Shown here piece by piece: positions 28,652 to 38,960 of a stretch of 64,000 nucleotides of DNA. The notes beneath the pieces are model-generated. The model saw only the letters and a list, made by a program, of their open reading frames with translations. It made no database searches and was not told where the DNA came from. The DNA lies in the NCBI GenBank assembly GCA_038840695.1, contig JAWBVE010000004.1, forward strand, positions 774-64,773, in the 5' to 3' direction. Every line of letters starts with the position of its first letter. Within the stretch, counting starts at the first letter, position 1. A program made the translations under genes and the position numbers. Source of the DNA: Candidatus Pacearchaeota archaeon (GTDB lineage Archaea; Nanobdellota; Nanobdellia; Pacearchaeales; JAPDKA01).

Positions 28652-28765
28652 TTTTAGAAATAAAATTTTAAAATTTAAAAATTTTTTTAAAGTAAAAAAT
28701 AAAGCAAAAATAAACAAAGCGAAAGCAAAACGACAAAAGAAGACAAAATAAATGCAAAGAACAAA

Positions 28766-29122
28766 ATGAAAGCGCATGCTTATTTTGTGCTAATTCTCAC
28801 CTTTATTGCCTTTATTGCTTTAATCCTATGCTCAGGATGCAAAGAGAAATTGAGTGAGGATAGAGGCTTGAAGGAAGGCACAAAAGAATTAGAGTTGTGC
28901 ATGGCAGCTTGCTTAAGCGCGTTAGCAAAAAATCAAAGCCTTGAAAACGGGCCTTGCTTACTTGATCCAATAGAGAATAGCGATTGGGTCTGTGATATCG
29001 CGCATTGGCCAAGAGAACAAATAGATAATTTACGCGAAAATCAATGTAATGCTTGGCACAATGGCACAGCAAAGCATTTCATCGAGCTAACTCCAGAATG
29101 TAAATTCATAAGAGCGCTGTAA
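28766..29122 (+). CDS. Small Cys-rich putative lipoprotein
   Basis: Hydrophobic N-terminus ending CSGC; NGPCL..DWVCD.AH.PR..NQC motif. Confidence 0.75.
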   Translation: MKAHAYFVLILTFIAFIALILCSGCKEKLSEDRGLKEGTKELELCMAACLSALAKNQSLENGPCLLDPIENSDWVCDIAHWPREQIDNLRENQCNAWHNGTAKHFIELTPECKFIRAL

Positions 29123-29251
29123 TGCTTGGCTTTGGCGTTAGCGAAGGCTTTAGCAGATGTAGCAAACATTAGCAAAATTTAAATTATTGATTTTATTATA
29201 AAGAGCAAGACGGGCAAGCTTCGTGCTTTTCATGGCGCTTGCGGTGCTTGC

Positions 29252-29323
29252 GCCTCGGTAGCTCAGTGGTAGAGCAATCGCTTCGTAAGCGATGGGTCAT
29301 GGGTTCGAATCCCATCCGAGGCT
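29252..29323 (+). tRNA. tRNA-Thr(CGT)
   Basis: Acceptor GCCTCGG/CCGAGGC; anticodon arm ATCGC-TTCGTAA-GCGAT; GTTCGAATC T-loop; no intron, no encoded CCA. Confidence 0.96.
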
Positions 29324-29366
29324 TCTTTTATCCTCTTCTTTTATCCTTTTATCTTTTATTTCAATT

Positions 29367-30671
29367 TTATTTCACCAATTTTTCAATAACCTCTCTTTCA
29401 TTAAGAAGTTCCTCTTTACCATTAATCATATTTCTTAATCTTAACTTACCACTTTTGAGCTCATTTTCGCCGATAATTAGACAAAATTCGATACCTTCTT
29501 TGTTTGCATAATCAAGAGCCTTGCTTAGTTGCTTATCAGAAATGTCAGTATTTATTCCACTTGCCCTTAAGCTTTGTGCTATTTTTAAACATTTTTCTAG
29601 TGTGTTGATTGGAATTATTAAAACTTTTGGCACTGGCATTTTTTTTATTTTTTCTAACTTTATTTTTTTCTCTTTTAGCACTTCATAAATAACATCAAGA
29701 CCAAAACTCATGCCACTGGCAGGATAGGCTCTGCTAGTATTGAGCATTTTACTTATTAAATTATCCCATCTTCCTCCAGCAGCAATACTTCTTTTTTGCT
29801 TAGAATTTTTCAAATAAACTTCCCAGATTGGGCCAGTGTAATAAGCCAAGCCCCTAGCTAAGCTAGGAACAAATATTACATCTTTTAGGCCTAGCACTTT
29901 GCAAAGTCTCAATAGCTCTTCTATTTCTTTCAAGCCCTCAATTGCTAAGCTATTTCTCAAATTTCTTTTAAAAAACTCAAGCTTTTTCTCATTATTTTTT
30001 TCTCTCTCGCTTCTTGCTTTGTCAAAAAAGGCAAACAATTTTTTTATGCTTTCATCACGCAAGCCCTTCGCTTTCAATTCATTAATAATAGACTGCTTGC
30101 CATATTTCTCTAGCTTATCAATGCTCAAGATAGCACTATCTATTTTATCTTTTTCAATACCACATTCTTCCATCAGGCCAGAAAGAAATTTTCTGCTATT
30201 TAACTCAACATAAACCTCGAGACCAAGCTCTTTAAAGATATCAAATGTCAATGCTAGTAATTCAGCATCAACAGCTAAGCTTTCACTTCCAACGCAGTCA
30301 ACATCGCATTGCACAAATTCACGCATTCTTATTGAACTTACAGGACCATCTCGAAAAACTTTCCCTATTTCATAGCGCTTAAAAGGCATTCTTAAATTTG
30401 GATTTAGGCCAATAAGTTTTGCTAGCTTAAAAGTTAACTCATAACGTAAACAAAGGTCTCGATTGCCCCTGTCTCTTAATCGATAAATCTCACTTACAAT
30501 TTCATTTCCAGCCTTGCTTGAAGCAAATTCATAAAAATCAAGAATGCTGGTTTCAACCGGCTTATAGCCATATCTTCTAAAATTTTTCTTCAAAATTTCA
30601 ATTATAGTCTCTCTCAACTCTTGCTCTTCTGGCAAATAATCTCGCGTGCCTTTCAAAACAGGAATTTTCAT
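29367..30671 (-). CDS. hisS: Histidine--tRNA ligase
   Basis: KGTRDYLP, LRYELT, VFRD.P..R.REFVQCD.D, LARGLAYYTG, AAGGRWD, G.SFG. Confidence 0.97.
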   Translation of the reverse strand: MKIPVLKGTRDYLPEEQELRETIIEILKKNFRRYGYKPVETSILDFYEFASSKAGNEIVSEIYRLRDRGNRDLCLRYELTFKLAKLIGLNPNLRMPFKRYEIGKVFRDGPVSSIRMREFVQCDVDCVGSESLAVDAELLALTFDIFKELGLEVYVELNSRKFLSGLMEECGIEKDKIDSAILSIDKLEKYGKQSIINELKAKGLRDESIKKLFAFFDKARSEREKNNEKKLEFFKRNLRNSLAIEGLKEIEELLRLCKVLGLKDVIFVPSLARGLAYYTGPIWEVYLKNSKQKRSIAAGGRWDNLISKMLNTSRAYPASGMSFGLDVIYEVLKEKKIKLEKIKKMPVPKVLIIPINTLEKCLKIAQSLRASGINTDISDKQLSKALDYANKEGIEFCLIIGENELKSGKLRLRNMINGKEELLNEREVIEKLVK

Positions 30672-30863
30672 AATAAAAGAGCACTATGCAATTTTTAAAT
30701 TTACTTTTTTTAAATTTACTTTTTAATCTTGGCTGCAGAGGTCGCGCACAGCCAATAATCAACTCTTTTTTTCTGAATTGGAGTTTGCACCAGCTGCAGA
30801 AGCGCAGAGAGATCAATCAAACAAGTTTTAAAACCCTGTAGGCTTTAATTATTAGCAAGAAAA

Positions 30864-31253
30864 ATGAAAGAAAAAAGAGGGCTTTCATTTTTGATGCAGG
30901 TTGTTATAGAAATTTTATTTGTTATAGCCGTCTTTGCATTTCTTGCTTTCTTTATTAGTTCTGCAAAATATCTTGACACTAAGCGAGTAGCATTAGAGGA
31001 GCTTGCTTATAGTGCAACTATTCTCGATGAAGCTGAAATTAGCTTTAATACAAGCGAGTTCAATGCAAGTGAATTAAGGCTTGAAGATAGCACTTTTTCC
31101 TTGTCTTTAGCTCCTCTTATATCTTATAAGGCCAAAATTTATGCGAGCAAAGAAATGACACTTGAAGGAAATCATTTGAAAATTGGAAAGACAAAGGCCG
31201 AGACAAAGGCCAAAGCCAAAGACCAGACAAAAGCTGTTAGAGAAGAAGCTTGA
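30864..31253 (+). CDS. Pilin-like protein, class III signal peptide
   Basis: KEKRG|LSFLMQVVIEILFVIAVF. Confidence 0.65.
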   Translation: MKEKRGLSFLMQVVIEILFVIAVFAFLAFFISSAKYLDTKRVALEELAYSATILDEAEISFNTSEFNASELRLEDSTFSLSLAPLISYKAKIYASKEMTLEGNHLKIGKTKAETKAKAKDQTKAVREEA

Positions 31254-31690
31254 AGCTCTTAAATCTTGTTAAAATGAAAAAGAAATTCAGCAAAGAAAAA
31301 GAAAGAAAGGGAAAAAAAGCGCAGCTTTTAGGCTCAGAGATTTTGCTTTGGTTTTATAGGTTTTGGTTGATTGCACTTGTTGCGATTGGCACATTGATTA
31401 TAGTAGGCAAATATCAAAGTATTACTCTTGATAAAAATCCTTTTATTGCTAGTAAGCTTGTTGCAGAAGTTATAAACTGTGAAGGCGATGACAGGCTAGA
31501 TTGCCTTAGCATAGGCCCTGAAGATGACATTTATGTAAGTTATGATGGCAAGGCGAAAGGAAATGAAAATTACAGGCTTTATTGTGAGTTAATAAAGCAA
31601 GGTAGAGAAGTTACTCATTTAGATTTATATTGTAAGGAATATAAAATTTTTGATAAAACTTTATATCTTGCTGTTGCAAGAAAAAAATGA
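31250..31690 (+). CDS. Pilin-like protein, class III signal peptide
   Basis: KGKKA|QLLGSEILLWFYRFWLIALVAIG; 4-nt overlaps with both neighbours. Confidence 0.65.
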   Translation: MKLLNLVKMKKKFSKEKERKGKKAQLLGSEILLWFYRFWLIALVAIGTLIIVGKYQSITLDKNPFIASKLVAEVINCEGDDRLDCLSIGPEDDIYVSYDGKAKGNENYRLYCELIKQGREVTHLDLYCKEYKIFDKTLYLAVARKK

Positions 31691-32094
31691 TTGCGAAAAG
31701 AGCAAAGAAAGCAAAAAAAGCTAGGAAAGCACAAACAAGCTTTTTAGGCTTGATGCTGACAACTTTTATCCTTGTTTTCTTAATTCTTCTTTTCTTTATT
31801 GCATCTTTTTTTGTGTCTGGAAAAAAGACAACAATAAAGCTTGGCGAGAGGCTAACAGAAAAAAATTTGAATTATTTTTTGCTTCATAACATAACAGGCT
31901 CCAGTCTAGACAGCATTTATAAATGTGTGCTCAACAAAGAAAGTTGCTCTGCTGAACTTGATAAGCTCAATAGGCTTGAAATTAATTTCTTGAACATAGA
32001 AAAAATAGCCACTATAGAAGCCATGCAAGAGGAAGAGCTTCTCTTGCCCTTTACTGAGTCAAAAGTAATTTTAGTTAAGGTAAGAGAAAAGTAA
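31687..32094 (+). CDS. Pilin-like protein, class III signal peptide
   Basis: KARKA|QTSFLGLMLTTFILVFLILLFF. Confidence 0.65.
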   Translation: MIAKRAKKAKKARKAQTSFLGLMLTTFILVFLILLFFIASFFVSGKKTTIKLGERLTEKNLNYFLLHNITGSSLDSIYKCVLNKESCSAELDKLNRLEINFLNIEKIATIEAMQEEELLLPFTESKVILVKVREK

Positions 32095-32274
32095 AAGAAA
32101 AATAAAATAAGTTGCAACAAAGCGAAAAAAAGAAAAAAGCAAACAAGAAAAAAGAAAAGAAAAAAAGAGAAATCAATGAAAAAGTGCAATAAAAAAAGGT
32201 TAAAGCAAAAAACAAAAAGATAAAACAAAAGAAAATCAAAAACAGCAAAGAGAATAAACAAAAGAAATCGCAAA
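32095..32274 (+). repeat. A-rich low-complexity spacer
   Basis: About 180 nt dominated by A-runs within an operon-like cluster. Confidence 0.8.
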
Positions 32275-33063
32275 ATGAAAAAAAGCAAAAAAGGCTTTGC
32301 ACTTTTTCCAATACTTATTGTTATCGTCGCTTTAATTATCTTTAATATGGCCTTTTATGGCTTGTTGACAAAAACAAAGCAAAAAATAAAAAATATCGAG
32401 CAGCTTGACGAGATTTTAGACTATAGATGGTTTGTTGAAAGCTCAGAACTTTTTTTAAACAACTCAATTAAACTTGCGTATTCAAATTCACTGAAAGAGT
32501 TTTTTTTGCAAATTGATAGAAGCGAAACTTGTAGAGTAACAGAGTTTCAAGGAATGAAATGCTTTTCGCTTAGCAATTGCTACTTTGATAAAACAATCTT
32601 TCTTGAAAATTTTAATACTAATTTTAATAAATATCTCGAGAGCTTGAAAAGAATAAGCGAGAGGCGGGGAATAAACTTAACTTATGCCTGTAGCATAACT
32701 GACGGCGAAGGCAAGACACTTCGATGTAATCTTGTCTTTGAAAAAAACTTTACTCACCAATTTTTAAATTTAAGCATAAAGAAAAAAATAGAATATAAAA
32801 GCGACCTTGATTTTAGTGAGCTTGACAAGCTTGAAAGCGCGAGAAAAGCTCTGTTAAAGTTAAAAGAGGCAAACAAACTTGGACAGGGCGAACTTGAGCA
32901 GAGCGAGCAGAGTATTAGCTTTGATGAGATTGGGGCTGAAATAAGGGGGCAAGATCAAGACCAAGGCGGGAGGCTTTATGCTATTATAAAAACAAAAGAA
33001 AAGTTTTTTGTTCAAGGCGAGCAACTTAAATATGAGCCTATTGAAGTATGTTTTATTTTTTGA
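32275..33063 (+). CDS. Pilin-like protein, class III signal peptide
   Basis: KSKKG|FALFPILIVIVALIIF. Confidence 0.65.
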   Translation: MKKSKKGFALFPILIVIVALIIFNMAFYGLLTKTKQKIKNIEQLDEILDYRWFVESSELFLNNSIKLAYSNSLKEFFLQIDRSETCRVTEFQGMKCFSLSNCYFDKTIFLENFNTNFNKYLESLKRISERRGINLTYACSITDGEGKTLRCNLVFEKNFTHQFLNLSIKKKIEYKSDLDFSELDKLESARKALLKLKEANKLGQGELEQSEQSISFDEIGAEIRGQDQDQGGRLYAIIKTKEKFFVQGEQLKYEPIEVCFIF

Positions 33064-33153
33064 TATTTTTTTGATTTTTTGATATATTTTTATATTTTTA
33101 TTTATATTTTGTTTTTATCCATTAAATTTTAAAATATGTTGCAATAGAATTTT

Positions 33154-34128
33154 ATGCTTGATTCAAGGCTTGCTGAAATTATAGAGAAAATAGCAAAGTT
33201 TGGAAATACAAGCAAGGAAGAAGTGCAAAGAAGAATAGAGGCAAAAAAAGAAGCACTCGGTGGGCTTATAAGCTATGAGGGAGCAGCACAAATTGTAGCT
33301 GCTGAACTTGGAATAAGATTTGATAGCATAAAACTTAATCTTAGCGATCTCTTGCCTGGAATGAGAAAAGTAAATGTTATCGGCAAGATAGTTGAGCTTT
33401 ATCCAATTAGAAATTATAGGAAAGGTGATAAAGAACTAAAACTTGCATCTTTTCTTCTTGCAGATTCAACTGATGCTATTCGAGTTGTGCTTTGGGACAC
33501 TAAGCATATCGCTTTGATAGAGCAAGGTAAAATAAAAGAAGGCGATACAGTTGAAATAAGCAATGGATTTGTGAGGGGCGATATGAATAGCAAGGAGATA
33601 CATTTAACTGGCCTTTCTGATATCGCTTTATCAAGCATAAAACTCGAGCAAATAGTTGAGAAAGAAAAATATCCTTTCAAGCTTATAGCTGAATTAGCTC
33701 TAAATACAAGAGCTAAAATTAAAGCAAATATTGTTCAGGCATTTTCTCCTTCTTTTTATGATTTTTGTCTTGTATGTAATAAAAAAGCAGAAAATTGCGG
33801 CCATGCTGAATTTGAGAAGCGTGGGGTTTTTGCTTTTATTGTTGATGATGGAAGCGAGAGTATAAGATGCATTGCATTTAATGATACCATATTGAAAATA
33901 CTAGGCATTGATAGCATTGATGAAATTTCTAGTGAGGCAAGTGCGAGTGAAAAAGCAAGCGAAAAACTTCAAGCAAAACTCCAAGCAATTTTAGGGGATG
34001 AATTTTGGTTTGTTGGTAGGGTTAGAAAAAACACCTTTCGAGATAGACTTGAGTTTGTTGTTGATGATGCCGAGCAAGTTGATGTTAAAGAATTGATTGA
34101 AAAGCTGCAGAGCTCGTCCCTAAAATGA
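33154..34128 (+). CDS. RPA-like single-stranded DNA-binding protein (OB folds, Zn ribbon)
   Basis: GLIS.EGA..IVA.ELG N-terminus; L.D.T..IRVVLWD OB fold; C..C...C.H; VDDGSESIRC..F. Confidence 0.85.
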   Translation: MLDSRLAEIIEKIAKFGNTSKEEVQRRIEAKKEALGGLISYEGAAQIVAAELGIRFDSIKLNLSDLLPGMRKVNVIGKIVELYPIRNYRKGDKELKLASFLLADSTDAIRVVLWDTKHIALIEQGKIKEGDTVEISNGFVRGDMNSKEIHLTGLSDIALSSIKLEQIVEKEKYPFKLIAELALNTRAKIKANIVQAFSPSFYDFCLVCNKKAENCGHAEFEKRGVFAFIVDDGSESIRCIAFNDTILKILGIDSIDEISSEASASEKASEKLQAKLQAILGDEFWFVGRVRKNTFRDRLEFVVDDAEQVDVKELIEKLQSSSLK

Positions 34129-34445
34129 AAATTGCTTCAGTTGGAACTAATGGGAAGTAAAACAACTGCAGCCATGAAATTGTCGCTTTACTAAAAAAGA
34201 GCTCTTTTGATGAGTCATTTAGAAAAAGTAGCAAGGAAATGTCCTTTGCCGATAAACGAAGAAACAACTAAAGAAAGTCAAAAATGGATTTTTTTATTCA
34301 CATTTAGCTTATGAGTTGACATTACGCTTATGAGAGAACCACAAAAAGATGAAGCAAGATCGACTAATAAAAATTTTAAGAAGAAATTGATATAATAATA
34401 AGAAATTTTTTTGAGAAGTTTAAGATTGACTATTCAGAATATAAA
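34125..34445 (+). pseudogene. Degraded P-loop kinase/ATPase (AAA_28-like) pseudogene
   Basis: ATG overlapping the upstream stop; fragments in shifting frames: MKIASVGTNGK*, HEIVALLKK, KVARKCPLPINEETTKESQKWI, DEARSTNKNF, EEIDIIIRNF, EKFKIDY. Confidence 0.65.
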
Positions 34446-34475
34446 AATCAGAAGATGCAGTAGAAAAAATAAAAG

Positions 34476-35480
34476 CTACTCTTCCTTATCGCTAATTCCT
34501 TGTGGGGTTATGAAAATTATGGTCTCATTGTCTGGGAGATTTGGGCTATCAATAAGCTTAATTATCCTGCTATTCCCTTTTCCTCTTCTAAAATAAAGCC
34601 TGTAAGTTGATGCATGTCCAACTATATGTCCGCCAATAGCTCTTGTTGGGTCACCAAACATCATCGATGGATCAGCCATTACTTGATTTGTAACATAAAC
34701 AGCAAGATTGTACTGCTCAGCTAGCCTCATTAATGTATGCAAATACTTGTTCAATTTCTGCTGTCTGTCAGCAAGAGTGCCACGCCCAATATATTCTGCT
34801 CTAAAATGACTTGTTAATGAATCGACAATAATAAGCTTAATATGCTCGCCTTCTCTAAGCATTTCTTGGATTTTGTCAAGGAGGAGTATTTGGTGATCAC
34901 TATTAAAAGCTCTTGCAACAAAAATATTATTGAGTGTTTTCTCAGGATCAAGGCCTTTAGCCAAAGCAAGCTGCTTTATTCGTTCTGGCCTAAAAGTTCC
35001 TTCAGTGTCAATGTAAATTGCTTTTCCTCCAGCACCACCTTCCTCAAGAGGTAGTTGTACATTAATAGCAAGTTGATGTGCTACTTGTGTTTTACCAGAG
35101 CCAAATGCACCAAAAGCTTCTGTTATGGCTTTTGTTTCAACACCCCCTCCAAGTAAATTGTCAAAATTTTTACTGTTTGTTGTTATTTTTATTATCTCTT
35201 TCCTTCTTTTTTCGTAAGCAAGGCCAGTATCAAAGTCAAGTTTTAGGAATTTTCTTGCAGCAGCAATAATCTTTCTTGCAACACCTTCAGAAGCCTCAAT
35301 TGTTGTAGCAAGCTCTGCAGGAGGCATAACCGCTATTGCCATCAAGTCAGTAAAGCCAGCCTCTTCAAGCTTTTTTAATGTTGCAGCTCCAACACCAGGC
35401 AAATCCTTCAGCTCAAACTCCTTTTCTCTTTCCTCTTTTTCCTTCTTTTCTTTTTTCTCTTCTTTTTCTTTCTCAGCCAT
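34476..35480 (-). CDS. radA: DNA repair and recombination protein RadA
   Basis: Hh[52 protein letters not shown]. Confidence 0.98.
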   Translation of the reverse strand: MAEKEKEEKKEKKEKEEREKEFELKDLPGVGAATLKKLEEAGFTDLMAIAVMPPAELATTIEASEGVARKIIAAARKFLKLDFDTGLAYEKRRKEIIKITTNSKNFDNLLGGGVETKAITEAFGAFGSGKTQVAHQLAINVQLPLEEGGAGGKAIYIDTEGTFRPERIKQLALAKGLDPEKTLNNIFVARAFNSDHQILLLDKIQEMLREGEHIKLIIVDSLTSHFRAEYIGRGTLADRQQKLNKYLHTLMRLAEQYNLAVYVTNQVMADPSMMFGDPTRAIGGHIVGHASTYRLYFRRGKGNSRIIKLIDSPNLPDNETIIFITPQGISDKEE

Positions 35481-35574
35481 AATCAAAAAAAGCCCTTTTA
35501 TTTATAAAGCTTGTTGATTTTTTTTGCTACTAAGCATAAATAGCAAGCTATAACACAGCTATGCAGTTCTATAG

Positions 35575-36612
35575 CTATGCTTTGTATACTTTGCTATGCT
35601 CCTTCCTTTTATTCTTTTTATACCTGCAATAACCACTTTTTCCATTACTTTTTGCTTGCATCATTGCTTCATCGGCATGCTTCAAAAGCTCGAGCATTGA
35701 AAAAGAATCATAGCCATAAGTTGCACCACCTACACTAATCTCTATTCTGCCCTTAAACTCAGGCACTTCTTTTGCAAATTCGATTGTGGCATAGTTGCTT
35801 ACTTCTTTGACAATTCGCTCTCCAATTTTATCAACTTCTTTTGGCAATGTTTCTGGGATAATAACAACAAATTCATCACCTTTATAACGTCTTCCTATTA
35901 TGTCAGTAGTACGGCAATACCTTTTCAAGCCCTCAGCAATCAGCTTTAACGCAAGATCGCCTCTTAAATGATTATAGTTATCATTTATTGCCTTAAAATT
36001 GTCAACATCGATAAAAAGAAGCGAGACATATTTTTTCTTTTTGCTTCTTTTTGCTCGCTCTACTTCTTTTTTTAATTGCTCCATGATATATCTCTCATTA
36101 TATAGACCAGTAAGACTATCTATTATAGCTTCTTGTTTTAATGTTTCTATTGCTCTAGTTTGCTTTGCTCCTAGAAAATGAACTAACCAATCAAGTTTTT
36201 GCATTTCTTTCCAAAGCTCAATTGCTTGTTTTCTTGCCTTTCTTGATAAGTAAAATCTCAACTTTGATATTCTATCAGGAATCTTCGGTGCAAGATAGTT
36301 AAGCATTATCTCTGCAAATTGATTTTTTCTTGCCCTTTCTTCTTCATAACTTGAATCTGTAACTACTTCTGACATAAGTGTATATTGCCTTTTTAGAATT
36401 GTTTTAAGATTCCCAATGAGTTCTCTAAGTTTTATTCTTATATTTATGTAATCATTATATTTGAAGTGAACATTTATTGGCTGTTTTAGTGCTTCTTTTT
36501 TCCAAGAAAGAAATTCTTCCTGACTACTTAACTCTTTTAGAAATCTCTCTACATAAACCTTTACCTTTCTATCAGCATTTTTTAATTTTTCTTCAAAAGC
36601 TATATTTTTCAT
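35575..36612 (-). CDS. GGDEF-domain protein (diguanylate cyclase-like; KGDEF variant)
   Basis: DSLTGLYN, FIDVDNFK.INDNYNH.RGD, RTTD, RYKGDEF, ISVG, ADEAM..AK..GK. Confidence 0.92.
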   Translation of the reverse strand: MKNIAFEEKLKNADRKVKVYVERFLKELSSQEEFLSWKKEALKQPINVHFKYNDYINIRIKLRELIGNLKTILKRQYTLMSEVVTDSSYEEERARKNQFAEIMLNYLAPKIPDRISKLRFYLSRKARKQAIELWKEMQKLDWLVHFLGAKQTRAIETLKQEAIIDSLTGLYNERYIMEQLKKEVERAKRSKKKKYVSLLFIDVDNFKAINDNYNHLRGDLALKLIAEGLKRYCRTTDIIGRRYKGDEFVVIIPETLPKEVDKIGERIVKEVSNYATIEFAKEVPEFKGRIEISVGGATYGYDSFSMLELLKHADEAMMQAKSNGKSGYCRYKKNKRKEHSKVYKA

Positions 36613-37682
36613 TTTTCTCTTCCTTTTTTCTCTTTTTTCTTTTCTTCCATATTAATAATTAGAAAATTAGTATCTGAAATAACTTGTTGAATTTCAGGTA
36701 GCTCTTCACTTTGATCCTCACTTTGATCTTCACTTCGTCCATTTTCTTTACCTTTTTCTTCTTTTTCAATTGCAATTTCAAGTTCATATTCATCATCTAT
36801 ATTTTTTTCTTTACTGCCTAAAATGCCAGGATCAAAAAAAATCTTTTCGATTTCACTTGGCCTAAGTTCACTATTGTCACTTTCTTCCTCAACTTCGACC
36901 TCTATCTCATATTCTTCTATCTTTTCCAATTTTGTTCGCTTATCTTCAATTAGATCTTTTATCATGCTGACATCATAGTCTTTCATAGATTCCTTAGCTT
37001 TATCTTTAACCTTAATGTTCCTATATTGCTCTTCAGAATAAAAATTAATCGCGTGAAGATTATCTTTTATTAGTTCTTTGATTTTTTCATAGCCAGAAAC
37101 ATCATCTAAGGCCTTTATAAACCATTCTTTAAAGACCATCAACTCATCAAACCAATAGCGATGTGCAACTTCGGAAAGCTCTTTCTTTAGATCATAGGCT
37201 GGATCGTAGGAATTTGCATAAATATCAGCAATTTTTTCGCATAGATCACTAAGCTCCTTAATTAATCTTTCATGTTCAGTTTTTTCAATTAATGTCGAGC
37301 CAATTCGAATTTTTTCTTCTCTTTCCATTTTTTCTAATTCACCCCCATCAACCTTACTCTCAACCTCAACCTTTTCTATTTCTAAAGGATCTTCATCGTA
37401 AACCCAATTACCAAGTGCATCGTTTGTCCTTATATAATTAATAATTAAACTTAAGTCACCTTCAAACGCTCTTTTGAAAGCTTCAATAAGTCTTTCTCTT
37501 GTCATCCCCCCTCCAATTTTCATTGCTTTATCCGAATTTGAAAACCAACCAAGCCATCCAATAATCTGCGAACAATCGAAATTGTTATCGTAAATTTCAT
37601 TCCCGAAATATTTCTTAATATCGCGAGCTATTTCCTCCATTATTTTTTCATATTCTTTTTTGCTAATTTTTTTCTTTTTCAT
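36609..37682 (-). CDS. Acidic hypothetical protein, translationally coupled to the GGDEF gene
   Basis: 357-aa ORF; ATGA overlap with the downstream gene. Confidence 0.7.
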   Translation of the reverse strand: MKKKKISKKEYEKIMEEIARDIKKYFGNEIYDNNFDCSQIIGWLGWFSNSDKAMKIGGGMTRERLIEAFKRAFEGDLSLIINYIRTNDALGNWVYDEDPLEIEKVEVESKVDGGELEKMEREEKIRIGSTLIEKTEHERLIKELSDLCEKIADIYANSYDPAYDLKKELSEVAHRYWFDELMVFKEWFIKALDDVSGYEKIKELIKDNLHAINFYSEEQYRNIKVKDKAKESMKDYDVSMIKDLIEDKRTKLEKIEEYEIEVEVEEESDNSELRPSEIEKIFFDPGILGSKEKNIDDEYELEIAIEKEEKGKENGRSEDQSEDQSEELPEIQQVISDTNFLIINMEEKKKEKKGREK

Positions 37683-37792
37683 TTCAAAATTTGCGAGTTA
37701 GCTTGGCTTTTGCTCTTTATTTTAATAAGCTAAAGCCATTTATAAATTTTTTGATTTATTAACTACATAGTAGTAAAGTTTATAAATTTTAA

Positions 37793-38209
37793 ATGCCTTT
37801 CAAAATTGGGAAAATAAAATCAAAACTCAAAATGAAAAGTGAAAAAGGCAAAATGGAAAGCCCAGAAGAAAAAGTAAGAAAGATAAGGGAAGAAATAATG
37901 CATATGAGAGATGAAGATTTAGTTAAATATGGAGACTTAGCTTCCTATATATTATTTGGATATTTGCACGGGGACAGAAATTTAATTGAAGAAGTAAGAT
38001 ATTATATAAACTCCCGTGATCCATTAATTCATGATGCGGATTGGTTTAGGCCAATAAGGATACAACAAAGTTTTGTTGATAAGCTAATATATTTTATAAA
38101 TATCCTTCGAGAAATTCAAAGGAGAGAAAATATTGATGAATTTACAAAAGAGTATGCCGTAGAGCTTTTAGAAAAAATTAGAGCACATTATTTAAAAAAA
38201 GATAAATAA
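37793..38209 (+). CDS. Hypothetical protein
   Basis: 138-aa ORF with TATA-like element upstream; start uncertain. Confidence 0.6.
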   Translation: MPFKIGKIKSKLKMKSEKGKMESPEEKVRKIREEIMHMRDEDLVKYGDLASYILFGYLHGDRNLIEEVRYYINSRDPLIHDADWFRPIRIQQSFVDKLIYFINILREIQRRENIDEFTKEYAVELLEKIRAHYLKKDK

Positions 38210-38210
38210 A

Positions 38211-38942
38211 ATGAGAAAGAAATTAGCAGCAATTATCTTCAGCCTTGCACTTGCTGGCTTTGTAGGCTGTGCAGGAATGAGGAGCCAGGTTAGTTGGGTT
38301 AAAAGTTATTATAAGAAATATTATGCAGCGCTTAGTAGCAAAGAAAATTATAGTAAAAATTTAAAAAAACTTGAAGAGGATGAATATGTGCTGCCAAATG
38401 ATGTTTTTGAAGCTTATGCAAAAATAGTCATGGGGAATTACCCTCTCCCCCCAGAACAAATAGGAGGATACATAAATGTGCCACTGAACTCTAAAAACTA
38501 CGAAAAATTTAGGAATGCATTGAAAGACAACTATAGCGAACAAGAAATAGCACTTTTTTATTCAATACTAAGCAAAAAAGGTAATATAATAATTAAGGAA
38601 AAAGCCTTAGATGAAGCCTTAAATGATCCGGATTTGGATACAATCTTAATTCACGAAAGAACTCATAAAGAATTTGATAAGTTAAGTAATAAAGAAAAGA
38701 ATAAAGTATGTAAAGTTCATGAGCTCTTTAAGCAAATGAAAAATCCTGATGGAACGTATTTTTTGAATTTTAAAAGGTCGTCTATGGGCTTCGGCAATTT
38801 TATCGAGCTCTACGCAAATTGTGATGAATTTTTTCCTTTCCTTGTTACAGATTCATTACGCCAAGAAGTGGAGCAAGAGCTAAGAAAATATCCTGATGTT
38901 TATAAAATCTTTGAAAAAATCAAGGCAAAAGTTAAAAAGTAA
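38211..38942 (+). CDS. Putative lipoprotein with HExxH zinc-metallopeptidase motif
   Basis: Lipobox-like LAGFVGC; ILIHERTH followed by DEFF. Confidence 0.7.
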   Translation: MRKKLAAIIFSLALAGFVGCAGMRSQVSWVKSYYKKYYAALSSKENYSKNLKKLEEDEYVLPNDVFEAYAKIVMGNYPLPPEQIGGYINVPLNSKNYEKFRNALKDNYSEQEIALFYSILSKKGNIIIKEKALDEALNDPDLDTILIHERTHKEFDKLSNKEKNKVCKVHELFKQMKNPDGTYFLNFKRSSMGFGNFIELYANCDEFFPFLVTDSLRQEVEQELRKYPDVYKIFEKIKAKVKK

Positions 38943-38960
38943 AAGTTAAAACATTTTGGA

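Noticed and set aside
29239..29511. 90-aa ORF
   Set aside because: Runs through tRNA-Thr and antisense to hisS
30729..30755. GC-rich hairpin TTGGCTG...CAGCCAA between hisS and the pilin cluster
   Set aside because: Single 7-bp stem with no recognisable RNA family features
14946..35480. Inteins in PolB or RadA
   Set aside because: Both proteins have normal length and contiguous motifs
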